From NCBI GenBank assembly GCA_035553795.1, contig DATMJU010000733.1, forward strand, positions 1 through 43,607: a stretch of DNA of 43,607 nt, read 5' to 3'. The stretch comes from Vicinamibacterales bacterium. Its GTDB lineage: Bacteria; Acidobacteriota; Vicinamibacteria; Vicinamibacterales; UBA2999. A program made the position numbers and the translations under genes. The notes below the pieces were generated by a model that searched no databases, was not told the DNA's origin, and worked only from the letters and a program-made list of their open reading frames with translations. How positions within the stretch are numbered: position 1 is the stretch's first letter; each line of letters begins with the position of its first letter. Below are positions 16,739 through 24,067 of the stretch, piece after piece.

Positions 16739-18213
16739 CGAGGCCTCAGGAACGCGGTAAGAGCATCACTCCACGCGCGTCGCAGACGCGCTGCGTGGCT
16801 CCGCTCTTTGTCACCGCGGGCTTCCAAGTCGGCGCGTGCAGCGGCCAAGATGAGACGCTCAATTCGCTCCGGTCCGCAGCCACCGGTTTCGGAAGCGCGC
16901 TGGTAGATCTCGGAAAAGAACGCGTGGTTTGTGTTAAGGCAGACGACGATTGAGTTACGTTCGACGCGCACTGTATAGAAGTCGGGCTCAGGAAGCGCCT
17001 TGTATTCCAGCCGATACCGAAGGCCGTTGGACGCGATTCTCCTCGATGCCAGGGAAGCGGGGGGTGCGAGAAGGGCGTCCTGCCGCGTCATGGTTACAAG
17101 GTGGGGAGGGGTGTCAAGGCGCTTGACGCGATCGAAAGCTTCTCTTACGCGGCGATTCAGCGTACGAGCGATCGCCTCCATGTCCGGCGAGAGCATTAGC
17201 TTTAATTCGGTTCTGGGATTCACACCCTGCTTGCTGTGCGTAACACCGAACAGTTCATCCAGGCTTGGAGAAAACCGCAACTCACAACGCCACCAATCGT
17301 CGTAGTTCTCGCGACGTTTACCACCGAACAAATACCAGCCATAGTCGATCTCACGTCCGGCACGAACGATTGATACACCAGCGCCGCCAACGATGCCTTT
17401 CTGCCTTTTGTCCTCGACCGACCACCGATGCCACTTGTCAACGGGAAGCTCGGAAAACTGCACCTCGATCACTGAAGGCCGTCCGTCAAAACCGACAACT
17501 TCGTAGCGCATGGGAGAACCGTACGACGTCGCTCCCCTGACCGCGGATCTTGCGTCGATAAACAACGGATCAAGGGCGTGTACTGCAACACCGTTGATTG
17601 AAATGCGCGCTCCGCTCCAAATCGTGTGGCGGTATACCCGTCCGAGGGTTACATGCAATCGTCGACTGAGCGTCTCTGACCTGAGGCGCCCCAAGCGGTC
17701 ACAACGCGTCCAGAGAATCAGCGTACCTGAGCGCCAACCTCGGGGAGCTACCCAGTTGGGTAACCGTGCGCGACGAGGCGTCGGAATGCATCGTAGTCGG
17801 CCCGTCGCCACTTCATCGACATCGAGGTACGAGTGGTAGACGTCGTTCGGTCGTTGCCACGAATACACCTCGAGACGTCGGGAGTAGCTCACCGAACTGT
17901 TGGGCAGGCCCATACCGAAACGTCCGAGCCCTGAGCGATCCCCGAACCTGTTCGTACCGCCAAACTGGAGTGCGCGACCGATGGCTGTCGGCGACATGCC
18001 GTCGCCGTCGTCGATCACGCCCAATATGGTCGTGTGGCTGCCCTCTGAGTCCACTTCTTTCAGCAGGATGTCGACGTGCCTGGCATTTGCCTGAATCGAA
18101 TTGTCGACCAGCTCGGCGACCGCCGCAGCAAGGCTTCGATAACCTGTGTCTCGTGTCGCTACCACGAAATGCTCAGCAGCGACGATGGGGACTACCCACG
18201 CATGGGAGTTCAT
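16735..18213 (-). CDS. GHKL-superfamily ATPase (HATPase_c_3, MORC/paraMORC-like)
   Basis: N box AELVDNSIQA, G1 box IDDGDGM and G2 box GLGRFGMGL. 492 aa. 4-nt overlaps with both neighbours. Confidence 0.75.
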   Translation of the reverse strand: MNSHAWVVPIVAAEHFVVATRDTGYRSLAAAVAELVDNSIQANARHVDILLKEVDSEGSHTTILGVIDDGDGMSPTAIGRALQFGGTNRFGDRSGLGRFGMGLPNSSVSYSRRLEVYSWQRPNDVYHSYLDVDEVATGRLRCIPTPRRARLPNWVAPRGWRSGTLILWTRCDRLGRLRSETLSRRLHVTLGRVYRHTIWSGARISINGVAVHALDPLFIDARSAVRGATSYGSPMRYEVVGFDGRPSVIEVQFSELPVDKWHRWSVEDKRQKGIVGGAGVSIVRAGREIDYGWYLFGGKRRENYDDWWRCELRFSPSLDELFGVTHSKQGVNPRTELKLMLSPDMEAIARTLNRRVREAFDRVKRLDTPPHLVTMTRQDALLAPPASLASRRIASNGLRYRLEYKALPEPDFYTVRVERNSIVVCLNTNHAFFSEIYQRASETGGCGPERIERLILAAARADLEARGDKERSHAARLRRAWSDALTAFLRPR

Positions 18214-18485
18214 CCGCGCGCCCTGCGCTTTCGGATCTGTTTTGACGTGTGGGGCAACTGTTCGGCGGAGATCGAACTCTGGTAGGCAGATTGGAGCGCC
18301 CGAATCAACTGCATCAGCGCACCGGGCTTCACCGGGTACGCTCCCGAGAGAATCTGCGAGACCCGTGCCTGGGTGACTCCCAGGCGCTTAGCAAGTTCCG
18401 CCTGCGTGCGACAGCCCATCGCCGCGGCGAGAACTCGAACGTCCTCCGCGGTGATCCCGTCGTCAGCGCTGGGTTGATTCGGCAA
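18210..18485 (-). CDS. XRE-type helix-turn-helix regulator (91 aa)
   Basis: TQAELAKRLGVTQARVSQILSG is a classic HTH_3 signature. Apparent TTG start at 18485, so the start is uncertain. First gene of the minus-strand operon. Confidence 0.65.
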   Translation of the reverse strand: MPNQPSADDGITAEDVRVLAAAMGCRTQAELAKRLGVTQARVSQILSGAYPVKPGALMQLIRALQSAYQSSISAEQLPHTSKQIRKRRARG

Positions 18486-18498
18486 ATGCGCACAGCAG

Positions 18499-18567
18499 TA
18501 TAAATGATTTATGACAGTATAAATAATTTATGAACAATAAACCGTTAATGTTATAAACCATTTATGA
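18499..18567. promoter_or_regulatory. Divergent promoter/operator region with three copies of a 16-bp site TATAAAT-N-ATTTATGA. Each has a palindromic core ATAAAT-N-ATTTAT.
   Basis: tataaatgatttatga (18499-18514), tataaataatttatga (18518-18533) and the degenerate copy tataaaccatttatga (18552-18567). It is an extremely AT-rich patch in GC-rich DNA. TATAAT-like hexamers occur on both strands between divergent genes. Confidence 0.65.
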
Positions 18568-18571
18568 TCTT

Positions 18572-19042
18572 TTGTGGCCGAGTTCAGTTCAGCGCCTGCG
18601 TGATCGCGGTGCCGAGCTGTACCGCGCCGCAGCCAAGAACCACGAGCTAGAGGGCGCGTATTACGCGCAGCGCACCGCCGAACGGGCGAAGCGCCGCGAC
18701 TCGGATCGCGAGTTGCGCGAAGGTGTGGCCGAAGCATTCCTGGCGGACAAGGGCCAACGGGCAATCGCGCATCCACCGCCAACGCCGAAGCGTTGCTGCA
18801 TCATCACCGAGCGCGGACGCTTCTTTTTTGACGTCGCCACCGATCAGGGCCTCGCCAAGGATGTCCCAGCCGAGGCGCATCGCCGCTTCCGCGCGGATCT
18901 GCGGAGCAAGCGGGAACGCGATCAACAGGTGCCGCGCAACTTGCACTCCATGAAGAAAAGAAGCGGTTCATTGCGGACTGGATCGCACGGAATGGCACCG
19001 ACGAACAGCGGACGCGGCAGGCAAATGGCGTCCTTCCGATGA
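18572..19042 (+). CDS. Hypothetical protein. Either coupled to the next ORF or the N-terminal part of one frameshifted gene.
   Basis: Strong GC3 in this frame up to about 18950. Apparent TTG start. The stop overlaps ATG 19039 (ATGA). Confidence 0.45.
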   Translation: MWPSSVQRLRDRGAELYRAAAKNHELEGAYYAQRTAERAKRRDSDRELREGVAEAFLADKGQRAIAHPPPTPKRCCIITERGRFFFDVATDQGLAKDVPAEAHRRFRADLRSKRERDQQVPRNLHSMKKRSGSLRTGSHGMAPTNSGRGRQMASFR

Positions 19043-19434
19043 ACGAGGCGATTGAAGTCATCACCGACCAGATCTTCTCTCCGCTTTGCGAACACATTCA
19101 GTACGCTTGCGACGGCGTGCAGCAGATGCGCGCGCAACTCGCCCGATTAGGCCGCGGCAACGAACCAGTTGCTCCCGGTGACCTGGTGGTCAACAGTGAG
19201 CACGCGAAGACGGCGAGCGCGGAGCAGTGGATGGTGGTGAAGGCGTTCAGCGAGCTCATGCCAGAGGCGACGGTGCACTTGCGGGTGCACCGCATCTCGT
19301 TGAAGGGGGATTCCGCGCCTCCGCCTATCGTTCAGCATGGAATCCTCGTGAACATGAAGCACGGGCCGTTTACGTTGCGGCGCGAATATGCGTTGTCGGT
19401 GGCGCCCGCGACCACGGTCGGTGCGATCGCGTGA
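19039..19434 (+). CDS. Hypothetical protein (131 aa as called). Its frame stays open and protein-like upstream to about 18946.
   Basis: ORF with coding composition. Upstream in the same frame it reads LHEEKKRFIADWIARNGTDEQRTRQANGVLP with no start codon. Confidence 0.5.
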   Translation: MNEAIEVITDQIFSPLCEHIQYACDGVQQMRAQLARLGRGNEPVAPGDLVVNSEHAKTASAEQWMVVKAFSELMPEATVHLRVHRISLKGDSAPPPIVQHGILVNMKHGPFTLRREYALSVAPATTVGAIA

Positions 19435-19525
19435 AACTCGCCACGTGTGGCATGGCCGTGTTTGACACGGCCGTGCGACGGGCGTAGATTTCGAGCATCT
19501 CTCGCTGTGGCCGTCCTGGCCGCCC

Positions 19526-19547
19526 CCTCACGTCGCCCGACGTGAGG
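19526..19547. repeat. Perfect 10-bp inverted repeat cctcacgtcg-cc-cgacgtgagg upstream of the DUF932 gene
   Basis: Read directly. It lies 49 bp upstream of ATG 19596, after the 19434 stop. Confidence 0.6.
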
Positions 19548-19595
19548 CTTCGTTCCACCTCGTCGCCCTCAGGGCACGCAGAAAGGAGCACTCCA

Positions 19596-20702
19596 ATGAA
19601 CGGGACAGGTGTGTCTGCTGTCAATGCGTACACGGCTCACCGGGAATGGGCATCGCGCCCACCCGACGAACGGTACGCCAGTGTTCAAGCCCTCTATGAT
19701 GCGGCACACGCACGTCGCCTCCGCACCGAAGAGCGCACCATTGAGACCGTCGCACTCAGGACCGAGGCGGTGGCATCCGACGCACTCGCGCTACGCGACA
19801 CGTCGGGTCGCCCGGCCGCTCTCACGCACTGGAGCTTCGAGCAGCTCGCCGGCATTGCCGCTGCGCCGCCGAAGTACCTCCGAACGCTCCCCGCGGCGAT
19901 CGCGTCCGACGCGATCAACTACGGGTTGCGGCGTCAACGTCGCGAAGAGCACCAGCTCCTCGTGGACCGCGACGATCCGTGCACCGTCCACGCGGTCACC
20001 TCTCCGAGGTACGCGCGGGTCCATCACGACGAGCTGGCCAACCGGGTGCTCGACCTCATGGCCCAACACCCGGCCTGGTCCCTGCCGCTCGCCTACAAGG
20101 ACGGCGTGTACGGCGCTGAACGGGTTCCGTTCGGCGCCTACCTGGGAGACCGAGACATGTTCCTGTTCCTCGTGGACGGCAACCGCGATCTCGAAGACCC
20201 GACCGATACGTCGCACGCTGCCTTGTTCCGCGGTTTCATTCTCCGGAACAGCGACGTCGGTGCCGCCGCCCTGACCCTGGATGTGTTCCTGTTCCGCGCC
20301 GTCTGCGGCAACCACATCATCTGGGGCTTTCAGCACGTCGTCGGATTCCGGCGCCGACACGTGGGTGCGTCGATTCAAGAGGTCTGGACCACGTCGCTCG
20401 ACAGTGTCCGGACCGCGCTCGACGCCGACCCTGCGCACGATCGCCTCGTTCTCCTGCGGGCCACGTCCCAGGAGCTCGGGCCGACCCGTGACGCGGTTGT
20501 TGATGCGGCCGTTCAGCGACTCGAGCTGTCGCAGAAGCAGGCCGCCGAGGCGTACACGCTGGCAGAAGCGTTCGAGTCGAATCCCCGTTCGGTCTGGGGC
20601 TACGTGCAGGGGCTCACGCGTTTGAGCCAACGCACGCCCTGGCAGGATGGACGTTTCACTCTCGATCGCGCCGCCAGCCGCCTCCTGACCACGGTCCACT
20701 AG
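19596..20702 (+). CDS. DUF932-family protein (mobile-element associated)
   Basis: FILRNSDVGAAALTLDVFLFRAVCGNHIIWG matches the DUF932 core (NSxDGSxA...R.VCxN). ATG 19596 is preceded by gaaaggag. The ORF opens at 19542. Confidence 0.7.
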   Translation: MNGTGVSAVNAYTAHREWASRPPDERYASVQALYDAAHARRLRTEERTIETVALRTEAVASDALALRDTSGRPAALTHWSFEQLAGIAAAPPKYLRTLPAAIASDAINYGLRRQRREEHQLLVDRDDPCTVHAVTSPRYARVHHDELANRVLDLMAQHPAWSLPLAYKDGVYGAERVPFGAYLGDRDMFLFLVDGNRDLEDPTDTSHAALFRGFILRNSDVGAAALTLDVFLFRAVCGNHIIWGFQHVVGFRRRHVGASIQEVWTTSLDSVRTALDADPAHDRLVLLRATSQELGPTRDAVVDAAVQRLELSQKQAAEAYTLAEAFESNPRSVWGYVQGLTRLSQRTPWQDGRFTLDRAASRLLTTVH

Positions 20703-20849
20703 ACCAGGTCATTCGCCGCTCGGGCGCAGCCCCGCGGCTCCTTCCACGCACAACGGGCGTCGGCACACGCCACGTCCTTCACCCGCCCCTCGCGACCTCC
20801 GTCGCGCAGGTGGCCGCCTTCGCTCCCAGAGCCGGGCGCTCTGCCGGAG

Positions 20850-21837
20850 GTGTCTGCCATGCGCGACGGATCCACACGCCGACGAAGCACGAGCCCACAG
20901 TCAGCGGCCGGGTTGATCGCCATCAACCACGTTCACGACTGGCGACGACACGGCCGTCTCGATGACCTTCGCACGTTAGCCGAAGGGGCGAACGATCTCA
21001 CGTGGTCGCGCGGGCTGCTGCACGCGTTGCTCGAAGAACTCCACATCAGCGACGACTTCGACGTGCTCGTCGGGCGTGTGGCCCACCTCCCCGCGAGCCA
21101 ATATCCTCGCCTGCTCGCGACAGCGGTGCTCCTGAGACACAGCTGGTGTCCTCAGGACCTGTCGCGCACAGCCGCGCGACTCGGACTGCCACGTCCTGCC
21201 GGCGGTTCTCCGCCACTCACCTCCGAATCACCCACACCTCGACCGCGGACACCGCCGCCGCGAGATCACGCGTGCGTCGCTCCCAGAGCCGCGTACGCAC
21301 CAGCGCTGAAAGGAGAAGTCATGCTGAATCCGTCTGTCTCGCCTTCGGCTCCAGCACGCGGTCACCGCGTGCGGGAACTCGTCTGCGCCTACCGACCGTT
21401 GCGCGACGGTGACGGCCGCGTCGTCGACGTGCCCACCGTGGTGCTGAAGGACCCACGCACCGCCGCCGCCGTCCTCGCGCCGCTGATCGCGGACCAGCCC
21501 GTTGAGGTCTTCGGCGTCGCGTGCCTCTCCACGAAGAATCGTCTGCTTGCCTGGCACGTGCTCTCGCGCGGAACACGTGCGAGCACGCCTCTCGATGCCG
21601 GATGTCTTCGTGCCCGCGTGTCTCACACCGGGCACGACTGGCCTGATGGTCGTTCACAACCATCCGAGCGGCGATCCCACATTAGGCCCAGACGATGCAC
21701 GACTGACGTTGCGCCTGTGTGCCGCGGCAGACGTGCTCGACATGCCGCTGCTCGACCACCTGATCGTCGGTGACGAGCACCGGCACTACAGCTTCCGCGA
21801 AGCCGGAGTGCTCGGAGCCACTCCGACAACGAGGTGA
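20850..21837 (+). pseudogene. radC: RadC-like JAB/MPN-domain gene interrupted by a frameshift, with an unusual N-terminal extension
   Basis: Frame of 20850 gives ...VEVFGVACLSTKNRLLAWHVLSRGT. Frame +1 gives SMPDVFVPACLTPGTTGLMVVHNHPSGDPTLGPDDARLT...LLDHLIVG (JAMM motif HNHPSG), ending at 21837. The frame switch lies between about 21573 and 21595. A strong internal start exists at gaaaggagaagtcATG (21321). Confidence 0.65.
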
Positions 21838-22001
21838 TGCACATGCCCGCCGCTCCGACATCTCGATTCTGTGGAAGTGCTCGCCCGAGTCAAGGCTTCG
21901 CTCGCTGCGCTCGCCGCTGACGCGGCCTTGACGGGTCTCGGCACTTCTCACGGAGGGCATTTATCGAAGCGGCGGGGGATCTCGAAGAAAGGAGAACGCC
22001 A

Positions 22002-22368
22002 ATGAACGACAGGTCGCTGGCACCGAGCATCAACGTGACCATCGGCCAACACACGCGCGTCTACTTCGCGTTCGTCACGACCAGCGCCGATCAGTCTCGA
22101 TTCGCCAGCGACGGTCACGCTTCACGGCGGGGTCTTCTCCGAGCTGGCCGGCTTTGCGGCCGATCCGATCACGTTCGACGACACCAGGGGCCGCACGCCT
22201 GCGCGTCTGGTGCTCGTCGACGCGATGGAGCTCGCCTGGCAACGAGCGAAGTACCGCGGCAACCAGCACCAGCTGCTCTCCGCGGATCCCGGACTCGTTG
22301 GCCTGAACACGCTGCAGCACTGGCTGTGGCAACGCCTGCAGGCGTCCACTCCACAGGTGGCCGCATGA
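22002..22368 (+). pseudogene. Small hypothetical gene with an apparent +1 frame break
   Basis: gaaaggagaacgccaATG at 22002 opens MNDRSLAPSINVTIGQHTRVYFAFVTTSADQS, which then turns Arg-rich. The +1 frame from about 22100 reads PATVTLHGGVFSELAGFAADPITFDDTRGRTPARLVLVDAMELAWQRAKYRGNQHQLL... and stops at 22366-22368. Confidence 0.45.
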
Positions 22369-22434
22369 ATCCCTCAATCGATTCGTCACCGTCAACCGCT
22401 CGCTCGAGCAGCGAGCTTCACAGGAGGTCACATC

Positions 22435-22740
22435 ATGGTGGTCAAGATCGTTCCGAACGACAAAGGCAACCCGCAAGGCAAACTCGCCGATGCCGAGCTG
22501 CACTTCAGCGACGGCGTGCTCGAAGGCTTGAAGCTGATCGGCTTCGCCGTGTGGGAGCGCCGCAGCGGTGGCGGGCGCAACGTCACCTTCCCCGCACGCC
22601 AGTATTCGGTCAACGGTGAGCGTCGCAGCTTCGCGCTGCTGCGCCCGATCGCTGATGCGTCCGGGCAAGAGCGCGTGCGCGATCTCGTGCTGCAGGCGTA
22701 CGCCGAATATGAGAAGACGGCAACGGAGGCCGCGTCGTAG
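22435..22740 (+). CDS. SpoVG-like small nucleic-acid-binding protein (101 aa); tentative
   Basis: aggagg lies 8 nt upstream of ATG 22435. KLADAELHFSDGVLEGLKLIGFAVWERRSGGGRNVTFPARQY...RSFALLRPI resembles the SpoVG layout. Confidence 0.45.
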   Translation: MVVKIVPNDKGNPQGKLADAELHFSDGVLEGLKLIGFAVWERRSGGGRNVTFPARQYSVNGERRSFALLRPIADASGQERVRDLVLQAYAEYEKTATEAAS

Positions 22741-22807
22741 CGGTGGAAGGCAAGGATCCTGGACGTCCTCCTCCGAGAGGGCGTCCGGGATCGCCGGGTG
22801 AACGATC

Positions 22808-23077
22808 ATGGAGACGACCACTGCTGTCAATTCCGGCGCCGACGATCAATCGCGTGAAAGGGTGAAGCCACGTCTGCTGAACATGCGGCAAGCGGCGGAG
22901 TACCTGGGCTGCAGCTTTTGGACCGCACGTGACTACATCCTTCAGGGTTTGATTCCAATAGTTGACATGCCACCGTTGCGTGCACGCGAGGGAGATCGGC
23001 AGAGAAAGGCGTTGCGGCGCGTCCTCGTAGATCGAGCCGACCTGGACGCGTTCATCGAGTCACGTAAACGCCGCTGA
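22808..23077 (+). CDS. xis: Excisionase/AlpA-type MerR-like HTH DNA-binding protein
   Basis: LLNMRQAAEYLGCSFWTARDYILQGLIP is the typical excisionase-family HTH. Alternative start at ATG 22883. Confidence 0.6.
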   Translation: METTTAVNSGADDQSRERVKPRLLNMRQAAEYLGCSFWTARDYILQGLIPIVDMPPLRAREGDRQRKALRRVLVDRADLDAFIESRKRR

Positions 23078-23275
23078 GGACGGAGGCCATGAGCAAGTAG
23101 TGGCGTCAGCCATGCGCGATTCCCGAGCAAATTTCCGTTTCGCGGGACTGGCCGGTTGTGCCACACTGCGCCGGGCAGGCAGCTCATCCGCGGCCTGCCG
23201 GAGCAACACGTGCCGGGCCGACTTCAGAGGGGTGCTGGAGATTGGCAGGAAGACCGACGGCAGCAGAGGAGCTTT

Positions 23276-24067
23276 ATGGCGCGACCACTGATACTGGTAA
23301 CGAATGATGACGGCGTGAATGCTCCAGGGCTAAGAGCCGCGGCACTCGTCGCACATGTCTTTGGCGATGTCTTGGTTGCGAGTACGAGGGATCCGCAGAC
23401 TGCTATGGGGCGCTCGTATCCAAAAACTCCAGACACCGGGATCATCGAAGAATACGACATGCGTTTGGACGACGGCACGAAGCTGGAGGCGTACTCAATC
23501 GTCGCCTCACCAGCGCAAGCGGTTTCGTACGCCATCCTGGAGCTGGCGCCGCGAATGCCCGACATCTGCGTGAGCGGCATCAACTTTGGCGAGAACCTCG
23601 GAACGACGCTCACTGGTAGTGGCACCGTTGGAGCCGCGATGGAGGCGGACTCATACAACATTCCAGGGATCGCGATTTCACTCCAGATCGAAGGAGGAGA
23701 CACTCCGGAGGCTGTCAACTGGGCGCCCTCTTCGCACTTTCTTGCGCGATTCTTGGACGAAGTGATTACGCACGGTCTCCCGAAGGGCGTTTCGATTCTG
23801 AACGTTAACATTCCACGCAACGCCTCCGAATCGACAGAGATCAGGGTGACTAGGGACAGTCGGCAACCGTATTTTGTTTTTGCCAAGCCGAAACGCCTTT
23901 CGCGAGACCAAGGCGCAAAACTTCCTGTCGTCGTCGAACTCAATCGCGACACGCTCGAGCCCGACAGCGACATACAGGCGTTGGTGCTTGACCACGTAGT
24001 GTCTGTAACGCCGTTGAGTGCTCACCTCGCCTCTGGCAATCCATGGGTGCCTCGGTTCGCGAAGTGA
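23276..24067 (+). CDS. surE: SurE-like 5'/3'-nucleotidase
   Basis: ILVTNDDGVNAPGL, PDICVSGINFGENLG and GSGTVGAAMEA are the SurE signature blocks. ATG 23276 follows gaggag (23266-23271). The ORF opens at 23156. Confidence 0.8.
   Translation: MARPLILVTNDDGVNAPGLRAAALVAHVFGDVLVASTRDPQTAMGRSYPKTPDTGIIEEYDMRLDDGTKLEAYSIVASPAQAVSYAILELAPRMPDICVSGINFGENLGTTLTGSGTVGAAMEADSYNIPGIAISLQIEGGDTPEAVNWAPSSHFLARFLDEVITHGLPKGVSILNVNIPRNASESTEIRVTRDSRQPYFVFAKPKRLSRDQGAKLPVVVELNRDTLEPDSDIQALVLDHVVSVTPLSAHLASGNPWVPRFAK

Noticed and set aside
3724-18485. DISARM, BREX or a classical restriction-modification assignment for the helicase locus
   Set aside because: No DNA methyltransferase, PglZ, PLD (DrmC) or SNF2 gene is present in the island. 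DUF1998 is fused to the helicase in one giant protein, which fits DruE better than DrmA/DrmB.
18499-18567. Possible mini-CRISPR or other repeat array
   Set aside because: There are only three 16-bp AT-rich copies with 3-bp and 18-bp gaps, no cas genes, and palindromic cores typical of protein operators.
18953-18960. Programmed -1 ribosomal frameshift at the 18572/19039 junction
   Set aside because: The sequence aagaaaag is not an X-XXY-YYZ slippery heptamer, and I see no downstream stem-loop or pseudoknot. A simple indel or genuine ATGA coupling is more likely.
19791-20699. 302-aa minus-strand ORF opposite the DUF932 gene, and the 221-aa plus-strand off-frame ORF 19609-20274
   Set aside because: These are shadow frames. 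The DUF932 frame has the family motif and a strong RBS.
22075-22830. 251-aa minus-strand ORF and the long 22002-22619 reading
   Set aside because: The antisense translation has no recognisable features and overlaps two plus-strand genes that have RBSs. The tail of the 22002 frame becomes Arg-rich, which fits an out-of-frame reading after a frame break.
23224-23973. 249-aa minus-strand ORF opposite surE
   Set aside because: A Ser/Arg-rich shadow frame. The plus frame carries all the SurE signature blocks.
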